Shown here: positions 1-12,723 of the stretch, piece after piece | Numbering within the stretch: the first letter of the stretch is position 1 | Layout: each line of letters opens with the position of its first letter | NCBI RefSeq assembly: GCF_006345805.1 | Contig: NC_043006.1 | Location: forward strand, 48,422,001-48,486,000 | DNA length: 64,000 nucleotides | Direction: 5' to 3' | From: Octopus sinensis | Taxonomy: Eukaryota | Position numbers and translations under genes: made by a program | Notes under the pieces: model-generated | Told to the model about the DNA's origin: nothing | Databases searched by the model: none | Seen by the model: the letters and a program-made list of their open reading frames with translations, nothing else

Positions 1-341
1 CGTAAACTGTGGAGATCGTCAGAATATCTTCGAGCGTCCAAGTTTTTTTAATTTATGCGTTTAAATATAAATTTACATGAAAGGGTAATTATGGACCGTA
101 AGAACTAGCAACTGAGTCATGATTTCTTTACTGTCTTTCCTCTTATTATTCCACAACTTCATGGTCTGGAAGGTATTAATAATAGTTTGTAACGGATATA
201 AAGTAAAATATCAATTATACGATAATATTCTTGAAGTGAAAAACAATTACAATAATATTACGCATTTCTTTTTTTTTTTATACCTTGTTTATTTTCAATT
301 AAATTTACGATGAAACCAGTCAGCATTTGTCGGAATTTATC

Positions 342-942
342 TTAACTCTTCTTATTCCTGGAAGCACATTCTGCAGCAATTCCAATCAGATTTATTTTGT
401 CTGTTGTCTGTTCTTTGTGATACGGAAGTATAGACAAATAATTTAATCTCCTTATATCATTCTTGACCGAAGACATTTCTTTAAACATTTTGTGAAAGAA
501 AAATTTTCTTTGAGAAATAACAGATGTCGAAGAATTCACCAGTAAAAGTTAGCAACTTGTAGGATCCTCGATATTACGTACACGCTAAAGGCTGCATTTT
601 TTTCATTCAGATACTCTGTAATGACAGTTACGCAACAAACAGAGGTATATCTCGCAGAAACTTCAAATACTGGAAATTGAACAATCAAAGAATTAACGTC
701 AACGTCTTTGGAATATGCAATCTTAATAACATTAATATCTAATGATGTATATTCTTTGATGATCACCGTAAGTAGCAATGTCTCTTGCCTTGAATATATC
801 TTATAACTCGTCTAATCAAAACACTGGTCAACAGAAGACATTATAGTATCGATCCCCTCAAGATACGCATGCGTCACACGCGACGCTCTCTTCTATGTCA
901 ATGGAATGTAAATTAAATCAGTTCCTATTCCCATCTTTTTTC

Positions 943-997
<55 letters not shown>

Positions 998-1112
998 GTC
1001 CTTCGCTTTCTTGGTAATACAGGTTCTGAGAAATGGCGTGTCACTCTCTGTGTTCCGCAAAATATCAACGTAGAGAAGATCAAAAGATCTTCATTTCACA
1101 TATTTTTCAAAA

Positions 1113-1176
<64 letters not shown>

Positions 1177-2900
1177 AATCTATCTCTCTCTCTCCATCTC
1201 TTGGCAATATTTTAGCTATGCGACTACAAAAGCTAGGTTGAGATTTCATCCAAAGAGAAAATGAAAATTTTCAAAGCCTAGCATCTAAATACACGACCCT
1301 AAACTTCAGCATCCACTTGCGACTGCAAACATTCAAACTAACAATTGAATACTCTTTTACTTGTTTCAGTGATTTGACTGCGGCCATGCAGGAGCACCGC
1401 CTTTAGTCAAGCAAATCGGCCCCAGGACTTATTCTTTGTGAGCCTAGTACTTATCCTATCGGTCTCTTTTGCCGAACCGCTAAGTTACGGGGGCGTAAAC
1501 ACACCACCATCGGTTGTCAACCAAAAATTTACATACACATACATGTATATATATACATATATACTTCGGGATTCCTTCAGTTTCCGTCTACCAAATCCAC
1601 TCACAAGGCTTTGGTCGGCCCGAGGCTATAGTATCAGACACTTGCCCAAGGTGCCACGCAGTGGGAATGAACCTGGAACCATGTGGTTGGTTAGCAAGCT
1701 ACTTACAACACAGCCTCTTCTGCGTCTATAAAAATGAAAGGAAGATTTGACCTCGGCCGAATTTGTACTCAGAACGTAAAGACGGACGAAACGCCGTTCT
1801 TCATTGTTCCTGGCGTGTTAACGATTCGGCCATTATTATTATGAAAATAGGTCATTATTATTATGAAAATTTCCTTGAAAGTGAGCAGCAGATATTTAAG
1901 TTGCACATAGAGTTAAAATACCACCAGACATCATCAATTTACTCTCAGACTCTTCCATATTTTCTTTCTTCAAATCACCAAGTACATTTTCCCTCTTTGG
2001 TGAATACACACAAACACTAACAAACACTTTACTGTTTCTGACCACCTTGAATAGTCTTTTAAATTTCACTGTAGTTTCTTTCACACACAGTTAAAGAACG
2101 TTCATGGAAATGTTTTCAATTTATTTCAAACGTTTGACCACTCCAAATTATATCTTAAGTATTCTCGCCTTGTCAAAGAATACTTCTCTACATTTGCATA
2201 AATGTAGTTGCTGGTCTATAAACAGACGTTTGAAAATATTGTTTACGATTTTATGTCTGGCAAATGATAAATCCCATAAATCTCTCCTTGACTTTCATAC
2301 CATTGCTAAGCAAGTTGTACAATAGTCGACGGCTTCGGTATATTCGCCAATAAAAGCAGAAGAATGGTTTGTACCTACTTCACCAAGTAAAATTTTTATA
2401 ATGAAGTTAAACAACGTAAAATTCATTTTGTTAGAAAATATCATCGTTTATTGTGTAGTGTCGTTGAGAACACCTGGAATGGTTTTATAAGTTCATTAAA
2501 CAGAGTTTTTCAAATAAAGCCAGTCATTTTCCCAGCGTTCATTCTACAAATTATTCAATTATATTAGCCTAACAAATTAAAAATTTTAACCCCTTCAGAA
2601 CTATAATATATTATTATTACCATTTAAGTAAATTAACATTTAAAATAGTGTAACGATTCTAATATTCTGCATTTATTCTATTGAATTAATAGTGATTCAA
2701 ATTCGTTAGCTTTTATTATAACAATTACTACAGTTTGTAGAAATATTTTTAAGCAAAAACGCCAATGTATCTTCACCTGATTACCCGAAATTCTGCAGAG
2801 ATATATTTTTACGGGTCTTCCTTGCGGACAACTGGTGCAGTAATTTTCAACTTTTCTATGCTTATAACAAAGCTTACATACAACTGAAAGTAACGTCAAC
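342..2900 (-). mobile_element. Fossil hAT-superfamily (ZMYM1-like) transposase, fragmented by a SINE and microsatellites
   Basis: Colinear minus-strand peptides resemble hAT transposase segments: VKERFMGF, LHLCKCREVFFDKA and GVVKRLK*IE (about 2130-2310); YSPKRENVLGDLKK..GGILTLCAT (ORF 1896-2084); CLQSQVDAEV*GRV (about 1290-1330); YLEGIDTIMSSVDQCFD*TSYKIYSRQETLLL (about 770-870); and the C-terminal dimerisation-like SSTSVISQRKF..RLNYLSILPYHKEQTTDKINLIGIAAECASRN (342-539). Many stops and frameshifts. Confidence 0.75.
1350..1727 (-). mobile_element. SINE family A (tRNA-derived head, internal TA/CA microsatellite, CR1-like tail)
   Basis: Reverse complement of the consensus GGAGTGGCTGTGTGGTAAG..GGTTCAGTCCC (A/B boxes)..GGCGGTGCTCCAGCATGGCC..AAAAGAGT; more than 15 copies in the window. 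Confidence 0.9.
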
Positions 2901-2904
2901 ATAG

Positions 2905-3140
2905 CTGCATGGTGTGGATGTGGGTTTCTTTAAAACTAAACTGGATCTCTTCTTGTCAGGGGTTCTAGATGAACCTACCTCTCGGCAGGAAACACAGATG
3001 CGAGCAGCGGCGTCGAACTCCCTTGTTGACCAAGTGCCACGTATGAGAGGTGGTTTCACATACTAGTGTAGCTCATTCAACGGTGGTGCCCCAGCATGGC
3101 CACAGCTTTCGAGCTGAAACATTTTTAAGGATTTTAAGGA
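2905..3140 (+). mobile_element. 3' end of a CR1/L2-group LINE (ORF2 C-terminus and 3' UTR)
   Basis: 2905-3066 reads LHGVDVGFFKTKLDLFLSGVLDEPTSRQETQMRAAASNSLVDQVPRMRGGFTY*, like invertebrate CR1-group ORF2 ends (FK.KLD.FL..PDEP...SNSL.DQ). A short 3' UTR with a hairpin and a repeated TTTTAAGGA tail follows. Confidence 0.75.
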
Positions 3141-3729
3141 CTTATAGGTCTTGATCATGAAAATTAGCCAAGGCTGAAATTGATTTCAGGCTTCTAAGAA
3201 ATGGTAATTTCAGAATAAAAACTAAAAATTCCGAAACAACTTCGTTATATAGTTCCTTTCATTTAATCACCTATCAATAATCAAATCTCAATCGCAGTAT
3301 GTTGTATCACGTGATAAATGATGCAAGTTACTTTTGAAATGATAATTTTTCGAAATTCTGTCTGGAGCCTATATACCTTTGCATGTGATAAATTATAACG
3401 CTATCATTATCATTCACCGCATGAGCTATTTTAAATCATGAAATTTCTTCATCTTATTTTTTCAATTCGGTATGACTTAGATATAATCAAGATTAATAGG
3501 CAAACTGAAATATATAGAAATTCTTATTAGAATTTAATATTGACAATTCATAAGACAAATTACCTGCTTACTTTCCTTTACTATTCCTAACACAAATGAA
3601 TTAAATGTAAATTAATAATAATATTTTTCCCCACATCGCTCACAAATATAGGTGACCATTGTAACGTATTCAAGCATTAGTAATCATCCAATTTTGTTAA
3701 CTATAGGTACATCACGATTGCCTTTAATT

Positions 3730-4057
3730 CTGGCTCAGTGGTTAGAGCGTCGAGCTTACGATCGTGAGGTTGTGAGTTCGAATCCCGGACCGGGCCGCGT
3801 GTTGTTTTCTTGAGCAAGACACTTTATTTCACTTTGCTCCAGTTCACTCAGCTGTAGAAATGAGTTGCGACGTCACAGGTGCCAAGCTGTATCGACCCCT
3901 TCGCCTTTCCCTTGGATAACACTGGTGGCGTGGAGAGGGGAGGCCGGTATGCATGGGCGACTGCTAGTCTTCCATAAGCAACCTTGCCCGGACCTGTGCC
4001 TGGGAGAGTAACTTTCTCGGTGCAATCCCATGGTCAGTCATGTCCGAAGGGGGTCTC
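3730..4057 (+). mobile_element. SINE family C (tRNA head plus CORE-like domain), tail type 1
   Basis: A box TGGCTCAGTGG, B box GAGTTCGAATCCC, then CORE-like TTCTTGAGCAAGACACTTTATTTCAC..CTCAGCTGTAGAAATGAG; antisense copy at 59314-59650. Confidence 0.85.
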
Positions 4058-5207
4058 AGCAATATAACAGGATTTCTTAAATATCGAATGGTTATGGGGA
4101 GGGGGCACCAGTGGAAACTTAAAAATCAGAAAAACCATAGGAAAAATGTGGGTGAGACCCACTGGGTTACAGCTTCATAGATTTAGCAACTACGGTTCAC
4201 GTATACTTTGTATTATTCGGTAAATTACTTTACAAATTCAGAAAATTCAAACGTTTGAAAGGATATAAGGTTTTGCCGTTGAGGGAAACAAAATCCAAGT
4301 CTACGGAAACATTGCTTGAGTGACGAACTCGGTACACATTTAAATATGTGATTGTTTGCCAAATTCTTTTAACTCTGAATGCTGAGAAGGAAACAACAAA
4401 AAATTACATCGAAAATGTATGTTAACTTACACAACAGTAAGCTACATTATATAACATTAGTTTGAAAGTTGCCAAGATGGAACACACAAAGAGTAACATA
4501 CCTTGTTCTACGGTATATTTAAATAATTGAAAATAAATCTTAGCAATGAAAGCATAAATGATTGCTTTTATCGCAAAACCATTTCTTTATATATTGTTTC
4601 AGTTATTTCTTATCTTCTTAATTGTTCAACTGTGTTGCAAATAACTAATATCTATTACATTCAAGCTCTGTAATATTTCCGGGCTAGCATATCTTAGTTC
4701 TTCTTAGTTACATGTTTAAGGTCTCTGTTGTAAAATATGCGGTGTGGCCTCTAGCCTAAAAGCTATCCCATTTAGTTAATTCTTAATGTAACTGGGGCAT
4801 CTGCTTATCTGCCCTTACTTGGCGGAAGTATTTGTATACAGCGAAACAATATTCTAAGAATTTTTCATGACGGAAGAATAACAGAAATGGTAAAGCTATG
4901 AACGAAATGTTTCACAGAATTTATCTGAATTCTCTACGTTTTATGTTGAAATCCTTCAGGATTATCTCCGCTATTCATTTCATTCCGGGACAGATAAAAC
5001 AAAAAGCGGTAATCGAATCAATTACACACATCTTTGCTACAAATTTCTAATCTTCTATTAATGCAAAGAATCGTTGTTCTATAATCTTGGGTAAAAGAAA
5101 GTCGATTAAATCCCTTCTTGCATTTTGTCACACTAATTTACATTCTGAGCTCGACTCTTTCCCGGGTTGACCTCAATGTTCAGCCCTGTAATATTATGCT
5201 GTCATAC

Positions 5208-6335
5208 AGCGGCAAGCTGGCAGGATCGTTAGAACGCCGAGTAAAATGCTTAGCGACATTTCGTAAAGGCGGCGAGCTGGCAGAAGCGTTAGCACGCCGG
5301 GAGAAATGCGTAGCCGTATTTCGTCCGCCGTTACGTTCTGAGTTCAAATTCCGCCGAGGTCGACTTTGCCTTTCATCCTCTCGGGGTCGATAAATTAAAT
5401 ACCAGTTACGCACTGGGGTCGATGTAATCGACTTAATCTGTTTGTCTGTCCTCGTTTGTCCTCTTTGTGTTTAGCCCATTGTGGTTAGTAAAGAAATAGG
5501 TATTTAGGTATTTTGTCTGCCGTTACGTTCTGAGTTCAAATTCCGCCGAGGTCGACTTTGCCTTTCATCCTTTCGGGGTCAATAAATTAAGTACCAGTTA
5601 TGCACTGGGGTCGATGTCATCGATTTAATCCCTTTGTCTGTCTTTGTTTGTCCCCTCTATGTTTAGCCCCTTGTGGGCTAAAGAAATAAGAAACGTTAGA
5701 CCGCCGGGCGAAATGCTTAGCGGTATTTCGTCTGTCTTTACTTCTAAGTTCAAATTCCACTGAGGTCGACTTTGCCTTTCATCCTTTCGGGGTCGATAAA
5801 TTAAGTACCAATTACGCACTGGGGTCGTAACTGGTACTTACGACCCCAGTATTTACGACTTAATCCCTTTGTCCTTGTTTGTCTCCTCTATGTTTAGCCC
5901 CTTGTGGGCAATAAAGAAATAAGACACGTTAGAAGGCCGGGCGAAATACTTAGCGGTATTTCGTCTGTCTTTACTTCTAAGTTCAAATTCCACCGAAGTC
6001 GACTTAGCCTTTCATCCTTTCGGGGTCAATAAATTAAGTACCAGTTGCGCACTGGGGTCGATATACTCGACTGGTCCCCTTCCCCAAACATTTCGGGCCT
6101 TGTGCCTAGAGTAGAAAAGAATATTATGCTATCAAGTTAAACGGTGAGCTGGCAGCACGCCGGGCAAAAAGCTTTACGGCATTTCGTCTGAGTTCAAGTT
6201 CCACATAGGTCGACTTTGCCTTTCCTCATTTCTAGGGTCGATAAAATAAGTATCAGTTGTGCACTGGGGTCGATGTAATCGACTTACTTCCTCTCCCGAA
6301 ATTGTTGGCCTTGTGCCAAAATTTGAAATCAATAT
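5208..6335 (+). mobile_element. Tandem cluster of SINE family B (tRNA-like head, Meta/MESC-like central domain), about 5 units
   Basis: Repeated GAGTTCAAATTCCGCCGAGGTCGACTTTGCCTTTCATCCTTTCGGGGTCGATAAATTAAGTACCAG at about 5340, 5533, 5748, 5980 and 6190. Confidence 0.9.
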
Positions 6336-6622
6336 TATGCTGCAAAATATATACCAATCACGCACTAGCGTCCATTTACTCGACTGTAGTTTGATCCCAG
6401 GTTTCCATATTTACGTATGTATAAGTCGCATTCCTAATGTAGTGTCAAATCTTGATACACATTTATTTTTATTTCATAGATATAGATTTGCCCTCAAGTT
6501 TTCGGTTAATATCAAATATAAGATAGTGAGTCTATACATAAGAAAATACAGTATGTATGTGCTCGTAAAGCTTCCGGTTATATACACATATATATATCTA
6601 TATATATATATATATATATAAA

Positions 6623-6649
<27 letters not shown>

Positions 6650-6654
<5 letters not shown>

Positions 6655-7385
6655 AATCCAAACGGGAAAAAACAAAAAAAAACAACAATGGAACAATACA
6701 GTATTATTATTAATAGGCGCTCAGGAAATGGAAGCAGGAAGGTATGACGTTTCGAGCGGAGCTCTTCGTCGGAAACATAAAGAAGAAAGAGAGAGGAAAG
6801 AAAGATCCCAAAGCGGGCAACAGGGATAGAGAAAAAAAAACGACTGGTGTTTACGAGTTACACATGGTGAAAGGCGGAAGTTTACGATAACAAGAGCAAA
6901 GTAGGTTTTTAAAGCCAAAGAGTGGAGACAAGGTTGGTAACGCAACAGATGTGAGTGTATGTGTGAGTGTGTGCGTGTGCGTGTGTGTATGTGTGTGTAT
7001 GAGGCGAGATAAAAAAACAAAAAATATATGTATGTGTTAGTGTGTGCGTCTGTGTGTAGGCGTGTGAGGTAGGGCGAGATAGTGGTAGGCAAGCAGATAG
7101 TGGTCAGTAATAAGAAAAAGAAGGAAAGAGGAAGGGAGGGAGGGGAAGGGGTGGGGGCGTATGTAGCGTGCCCAGCGTGTGTGTTGAGTAGTAGGTGTGT
7201 GTGTGTCCAGTGTCGTGGTAGTATTAATGGCGAGTAGATTGAATGTGTGTAAGAGTAATGTATATATAAACCAATGTGTGTATATGGTGTGGCGCGTGTG
7301 TGTAACACAAAAAAGGGGGGTTAAGGAAAAAGGACTACAGCTGAGGGAAGATGGAAGAGTGGTCCCGCGGAGACGGGCGTGGGAA
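6650..7385 (-). mobile_element. Penelope-like element 3' end / pseudo-LTR, truncated by the assembly gap
   Basis: Sits next to a (TA)n tract and carries a hammerhead-like motif at 6742-6776; its terminus is related in reverse complement to 17990-18092. Confidence 0.55.
6742..6776 (-). ncRNA. Degenerate minimal type-I hammerhead ribozyme motif
   Basis: Minus strand gttt-CCGACGA-A-GAGC-tcc-GCTC-GAAA-CG-TC-atac; U4>C change and one stem I mismatch. Confidence 0.55.
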
Positions 7386-7485
7386 NNNNNNNNNNNNNNN
7401 NNNNNNNNNNNNNNNNNNNNNNNNNNNNNNNNNNNNNNNNNNNNNNNNNNNNNNNNNNNNNNNNNNNNNNNNNNNNNNNNNNNNN
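7386..7485. other. Assembly gap (100 N)
   Basis: Run of exactly 100 n. Confidence 1.
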
Positions 7486-7534
<49 letters not shown>

Positions 7535-7980
7535 CACATAATAATAACAAGTGTATGTATATATGTATACATACTCGGTATTGTGTGTGTTTGTGTGTGT
7601 GGGGGGGTGTACGTGTGTTGTGCAAGGATTCAGCGTTAACCATAAACAATAAATTTTCATTTTTTTTCTTCCCGGTCTACCATGAAGTCACTGGAAGTAA
7701 GAAATGCCAACAGTGGCCATCTACAAAGCAAAGCAAAATGAAGCGATTGATGTTCTCCTCTCAAAATATACAATGACTTACATCTCGTATAGAAACAATA
7801 ATCTTAACCGGGTGTTGATAATTCGACAATATTTATGATAATACATCATAAGGAACAGCTATAACCGATTATAAGCACTGTATAAATTATGATACGCATA
7901 TGCACATAAGTTACAATATGTGCGTATGTGCCGCCGTTGCTGTGTGTGCATGTGTGTTGCGTATGTGTGTGTGTGTGTGT

Positions 7981-8026
<46 letters not shown>

Positions 8027-8317
8027 GTGTTAGTTCTGATTCAAATAAACATGTAGTTGAAGAAAGTAACTTTTACATTTGTCTCAGATGTTGTGTTTAA
8101 TTCTTAATTTTTTTTTATTAAAAATAAAACTATAACACCAGGCAAGTATCATTCGTTACCTCTCTGTCTATAATCACCTTCCAGGTGCACATGTTCTAAA
8201 ACAAGATGTGACGATATTGTTTAGATAACATCACATATTCAAACTGATTCTTTTATGTTTTGTTTACACACACACACACAGGCATGTATATAAATATATA
8301 TATATATACATACATAT

Positions 8318-8476
8318 AGGCACAGCAATGACTGTGTGGTAAGTAGCTTGCTTACCGACCACATGGTTCCGGGTTCAGAAGACAAGTGTCTTCTACTATA
8401 GCCTCGAGCCGAGCAAAGCCTTGAGTGGATTTGGTAGATGGAAACTGGTAAAAATCCATCGGATATTGTATATGTT

Positions 8477-8534
<58 letters not shown>

Positions 8535-8736
8535 TGTGTTTGTCCCCCACAACATCGCTTGACATCCAATACGAGTGTGTTTACGTCCCCGTAACTTAGC
8601 GGTTCGGCAAAAAAGACCGATAGACTAAGTACTAGGCTTACAAAGAATAAGTCCTGGGGTCGATTTGCTCGACTAAAAGCGGTGCTCCAGCATGGCCACA
8701 GTCACATGACTGAATCAAGTAAAAGAGTAAAAGAGT
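8318..8736 (+). mobile_element. SINE family A
   Basis: Head, internal (TG)n and AAAAGAGT tail, with a small internal deletion. Confidence 0.9.
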
Positions 8737-8751
8737 ATGCATGCATGCATA

Positions 8752-8900
8752 CAGGATTTATTCTTTGTAAGCCTAGTACTTATTCCATTGGTCTCTTTTG
8801 CTGAACCGCTAAGTTACGGGGACGTAAACACATCAGTATCGGTTGTCAAGCGATGTTGGGGGACAAACACAGACACACAAACATATACACCACACATACA

Positions 8901-8938
<38 letters not shown>

Positions 8939-9159
8939 CTATATATATATATATATATATTATATTATATAATATTATATTACATATATATATACATATA
9001 TATATACGACGAGCTTTTTTTTGTTTCCGTCTACCAAATCCACTCACAAGACTTTGGTCGGCCTGAGGCTATAGTAGAAGACACTTGCCCAAAGTTCCAC
9101 GCAGTGGGACTGAACCCGGAACCATGTGGTTCGTAAGCAAGCTACTTACCACACAGCCA
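8752..9159 (-). mobile_element. SINE family A (tail-truncated), tail-to-tail with the previous copy
   Basis: Reverse complement of family A. Confidence 0.9.
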
Positions 9160-10007
9160 ATGTATTTGTATATATGTGTGTGTGATTGTTTGCGTGCGTT
9201 TTCTGCGTGCGTTTTCTGCGTGCGTTTTCTGCGTCTCTCTATGTATAAATGTGCCTATATATGTGCATATGCGTACGTATGAGTTCGTATAACTTTATGC
9301 ATTTACAGAAACTCCATATTTACTCGAGCCTTGCAAATATGTAATACCTATGGCGGTTAAGTTATTTGTTTTTTTGTCGGTTTTTATCCAGTTCTTCTTG
9401 GCTTCTTTCCTTGAAAGATGTTTACCGACGCATGCTCAACAAAAACCAACCTTATTTCTCCATGTTAATGTCTATCTAATAGAGAGAAAGAGAGAGAGAG
9501 AGATGGAGGGGGTAAGGTGTAAAAACGGGGTAATTTCTAAGGGACAACAACTGAGCCTGTAATTGAACTAGCTGACAAGTGTAGTGGGCAGAAAACCAAT
9601 AGCCAATCGACCTCTGGAGATGTCAGGACGGTTAAACTAGTCACGGCAATTGACATATCTTGATAACACTCGTGATGACGGAGACGACGACGACATCGCG
9701 AAGGACGAAGAGGGAGGCGGAATAAGAAATAGGTGGAGGAAGGGTAAGAGGAGTGCTGTCGTCGGCGCACGTAAACAATGAAGCTTGTTTACATGTAATG
9801 CATGACTTTATGTGGGGTTTTTTCTGCCTTCCATATTGCATTGTATGTCTTTATTTACAACACCTGCTCCTTGACTTACAGTTGCTCTACTCCACAGGCT
9901 TTTTTCTTTTTCTTTTTCTTTTGTTATTTTTGTCGTTTGTCGCTTCACTCTTTTCCTTCTTTTTCCTATTGTTATTACTATCATCATCGTCATCATTAAC
10001 AAAACCG

Positions 10008-10047
<40 letters not shown>

Positions 10048-10079
10048 CAACAACAACAGCAAAACCGTCATCATCATCG

Positions 10080-10122
<43 letters not shown>

Positions 10123-10517
10123 TGTCGTCATTGTCGTCGTGGTGCCGCCGTCGATGGCGTCGTTGTCGGTGGCGTCGTAGTCGTCGTCGGTGGCATCGCA
10201 GTCGGTGGCGTCGTCATCATTATTGCCTTTGCAGTCAACGTTGTTATTAGAGGCTTCTTGCATTTCATAATAGTTTATCATACATTTCTTTGCTACACAC
10301 ACACACACACATATACACACACCCACGCACGCACACACACACACACACACACATACTTTGGAAATGCATATTAATGTTGTCTCGTTCTTGCCCTTTCAGT
10401 CAGATACAGAAAATATCTTTGTTGCCAGTGTTGTTGACATTGTTGCTGTTATTTTATTATCATTACTATTTAGTAATTTAATGTTATTGTTATTATTAAT
10501 ATTATTATCGAAGCAGC

Positions 10518-10662
10518 TACGTTTTGAGTTCAAAATCCACCGAGGTCGACTTTGCCTTTCATCCTTTCGGGTCGATTAAATAAGTACCAGTTACGCACTG
10601 GGATCGATGCAATCGACTTAATCCCTTCCTCCAAATTTGAGACCTTGTACTTCAAGTAGAAA
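10518..10662 (+). mobile_element. SINE family B fragment
   Basis: GAGTTCAAAATCCACCGAGGTCGACTTTGCCTTTCATCC. Confidence 0.8.
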
Positions 10663-10684
10663 GAATTACTATTATTATTATTAC

Positions 10685-10727
<43 letters not shown>

Positions 10728-10728
10728 G

Positions 10729-11175
10729 GGTGAGAGAGCAGTGCATGCACTGAAAGTGACACTGGGGTAAAATATAGGAAGCCCCGTATACACATCATGA
10801 CTTCTCGTCTGATAAGGGTACACCAGGCACATGCATCACAACCACATATGCGCAACACGGTGATCTTAAATCATGATAAACAGCGCATGACTTTGCAGGT
10901 GGGGCCCAGTTAGAATTTTCTTCAAGTTGAGTAGCCCACCCGCTCAAAAGGTCCCCGAATAAGTGCAGTTTGAGTATGTAGAACGAATTAACCACGCTTT
11001 GAAAATGATTTATTCAAACCCCAAAGAATCCCTCTCAACACATGGCCATGATGCTCCCCCACTACTTCTGCTCGTGATCAGAGATGCACACATCGTCAGC
11101 CACAAAGGGACAAAACAATGTACGTGATAACACTTCCAATCAGTTAAGATGAGAAGCCATGAGGACCACTGACTG
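10729..11175 (-). mobile_element. Interspersed repeat with (AAT)n tail, probable LINE 3' UTR
   Basis: Related copy at 14778-14968; both end in (AAT)n on the minus strand. Confidence 0.6.
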
Positions 11176-11177
11176 CT

Positions 11178-11286
11178 ATTTATTGTCTTTGCACAACATC
11201 TATCACTGTGAACTAAGGCAACACCCCCTTATTCTTCGATCACTATCCGGAGTATTCGAGCGGTTTCAAGCAGTGCTGTTTTATGT
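11178..11286 (-). mobile_element. R4/Dong-clade LINE 3' end
   Basis: HKTALLETARILRIVIEE* resembles the QKTALLGTARILRKVL C-terminus of R4/Dong ORFs; followed by a short 3' UTR. Confidence 0.65.
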
Positions 11287-11290
11287 GTTT

Positions 11291-11303
11291 TCTTCTTCTT
11301 CTT

Positions 11304-11334
<31 letters not shown>

Positions 11335-11387
11335 TTCTTCTTCTTCTTCTTCTTCTTCTTCTTCTTCTTCTTCTTCTTGTTATTATT

Positions 11388-11431
<44 letters not shown>

Positions 11432-11439
11432 TATCATCA

Positions 11440-11492
<53 letters not shown>
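11291..11492. repeat. Compound microsatellite (CTT)n(ATC)n(ATT)n
   Basis: Read directly. Confidence 0.95.
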
Positions 11493-11494
<2 letters not shown>

Positions 11495-11652
11495 GGCGGT
11501 GAGCTGGCAGAATCTTTAACAAGCCGGGTAAAATGCTTAGCGTGGTGATAGAATAAAAAATACCAGTTTAATACTGAGGGTCGATGAAATCGACTTAACA
11601 TACCATTCCGAAATTACTGGCCTTGTGCCAAAAATTTGAAATCATTATTATT

Positions 11653-11690
<38 letters not shown>

Positions 11691-12206
11691 ATGTGTTGAA
11701 GACATGTGACTGGTACTGTTCTCTTTCCCTTCCTTCTCCGTCTCTATCGTTCATTGACCTTGTCTCTTTTCCTCTCTGTCTCCCTCTGTTCCTTTCTTTC
11801 CGTGTCTCTCTTTGTCTGTTTGCTTCTTTCTCTCTTCCTTTTTTCTCTCTCTCTGTCACTCTCTCTACATCTCTCTCCCTTTTGCTCTCTTTCTCTCTCT
11901 CTCTCACCCTCTGTCTGTCTGTAACTATTTCTCCCTCTCTACATATCTCTCTCTGTCTCTATATCTATTCCCTCTCTCCCTCCCTATTTCTCTCTCTGTT
12001 TTTCTGTCCATCTGTCTTTCTCTCTCTCTCTCTTTCCTCCACTCTCTTCTTCCTCTCTCTCTCCTTCACTCACTCTCCCTCCCCCTCTCTCTGTTGACAT
12101 AATAAGCTTCCTCTTTATCCACTTATGTCTAAAGCGAAATAAATATTCACCAGGACACACATCCACACTTAACATAATACACAAACACATACTTATACAA
12201 ATCCAT

Positions 12207-12237
<31 letters not shown>

Positions 12238-12450
12238 TACATATACACACAAAACAACACATCCTCGTGTCCACACGTTTCCTCTAGGACGTGTTCCCTG
12301 CTTATAAAATGCGTCCAACATTCAGAAGACAACTACTTATGCTCTAAAGTAAATCTGTGTACACTTGTACTGGTTTCAATTCAATCGTTTTTGCTGGTGA
12401 AGAAAGAAACGTGAGAAATGCATGGCAAAATAATACATATATATATATAT

Positions 12451-12481
<31 letters not shown>

Positions 12482-12691
12482 AACGAATCCATCCATGTCC
12501 TGCTTCATGTTTTGTATTTAGATTAACTGGAAAATTAATAAATCTCCCTGCTTCAAATGTTATGCGTCCTTCCCATCAGTATTTATTTATACAATGCCGT
12601 CGGGTTTTTGTGTGCTGAAAGTCCTTCAAACCAGCCAAACTGAGTTGAAACGCGTTATTTGAATACAACTTAGGTAAAGTGTAGACAAGGC

Positions 12692-12723
<32 letters not shown>

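Noticed and set aside
3730-3800. tRNA gene (also at 15023-15096, 41268 and 60130-60201)
   Set aside because: A and B boxes are present but acceptor stems are imperfect and each continues into a SINE body; these are SINE heads
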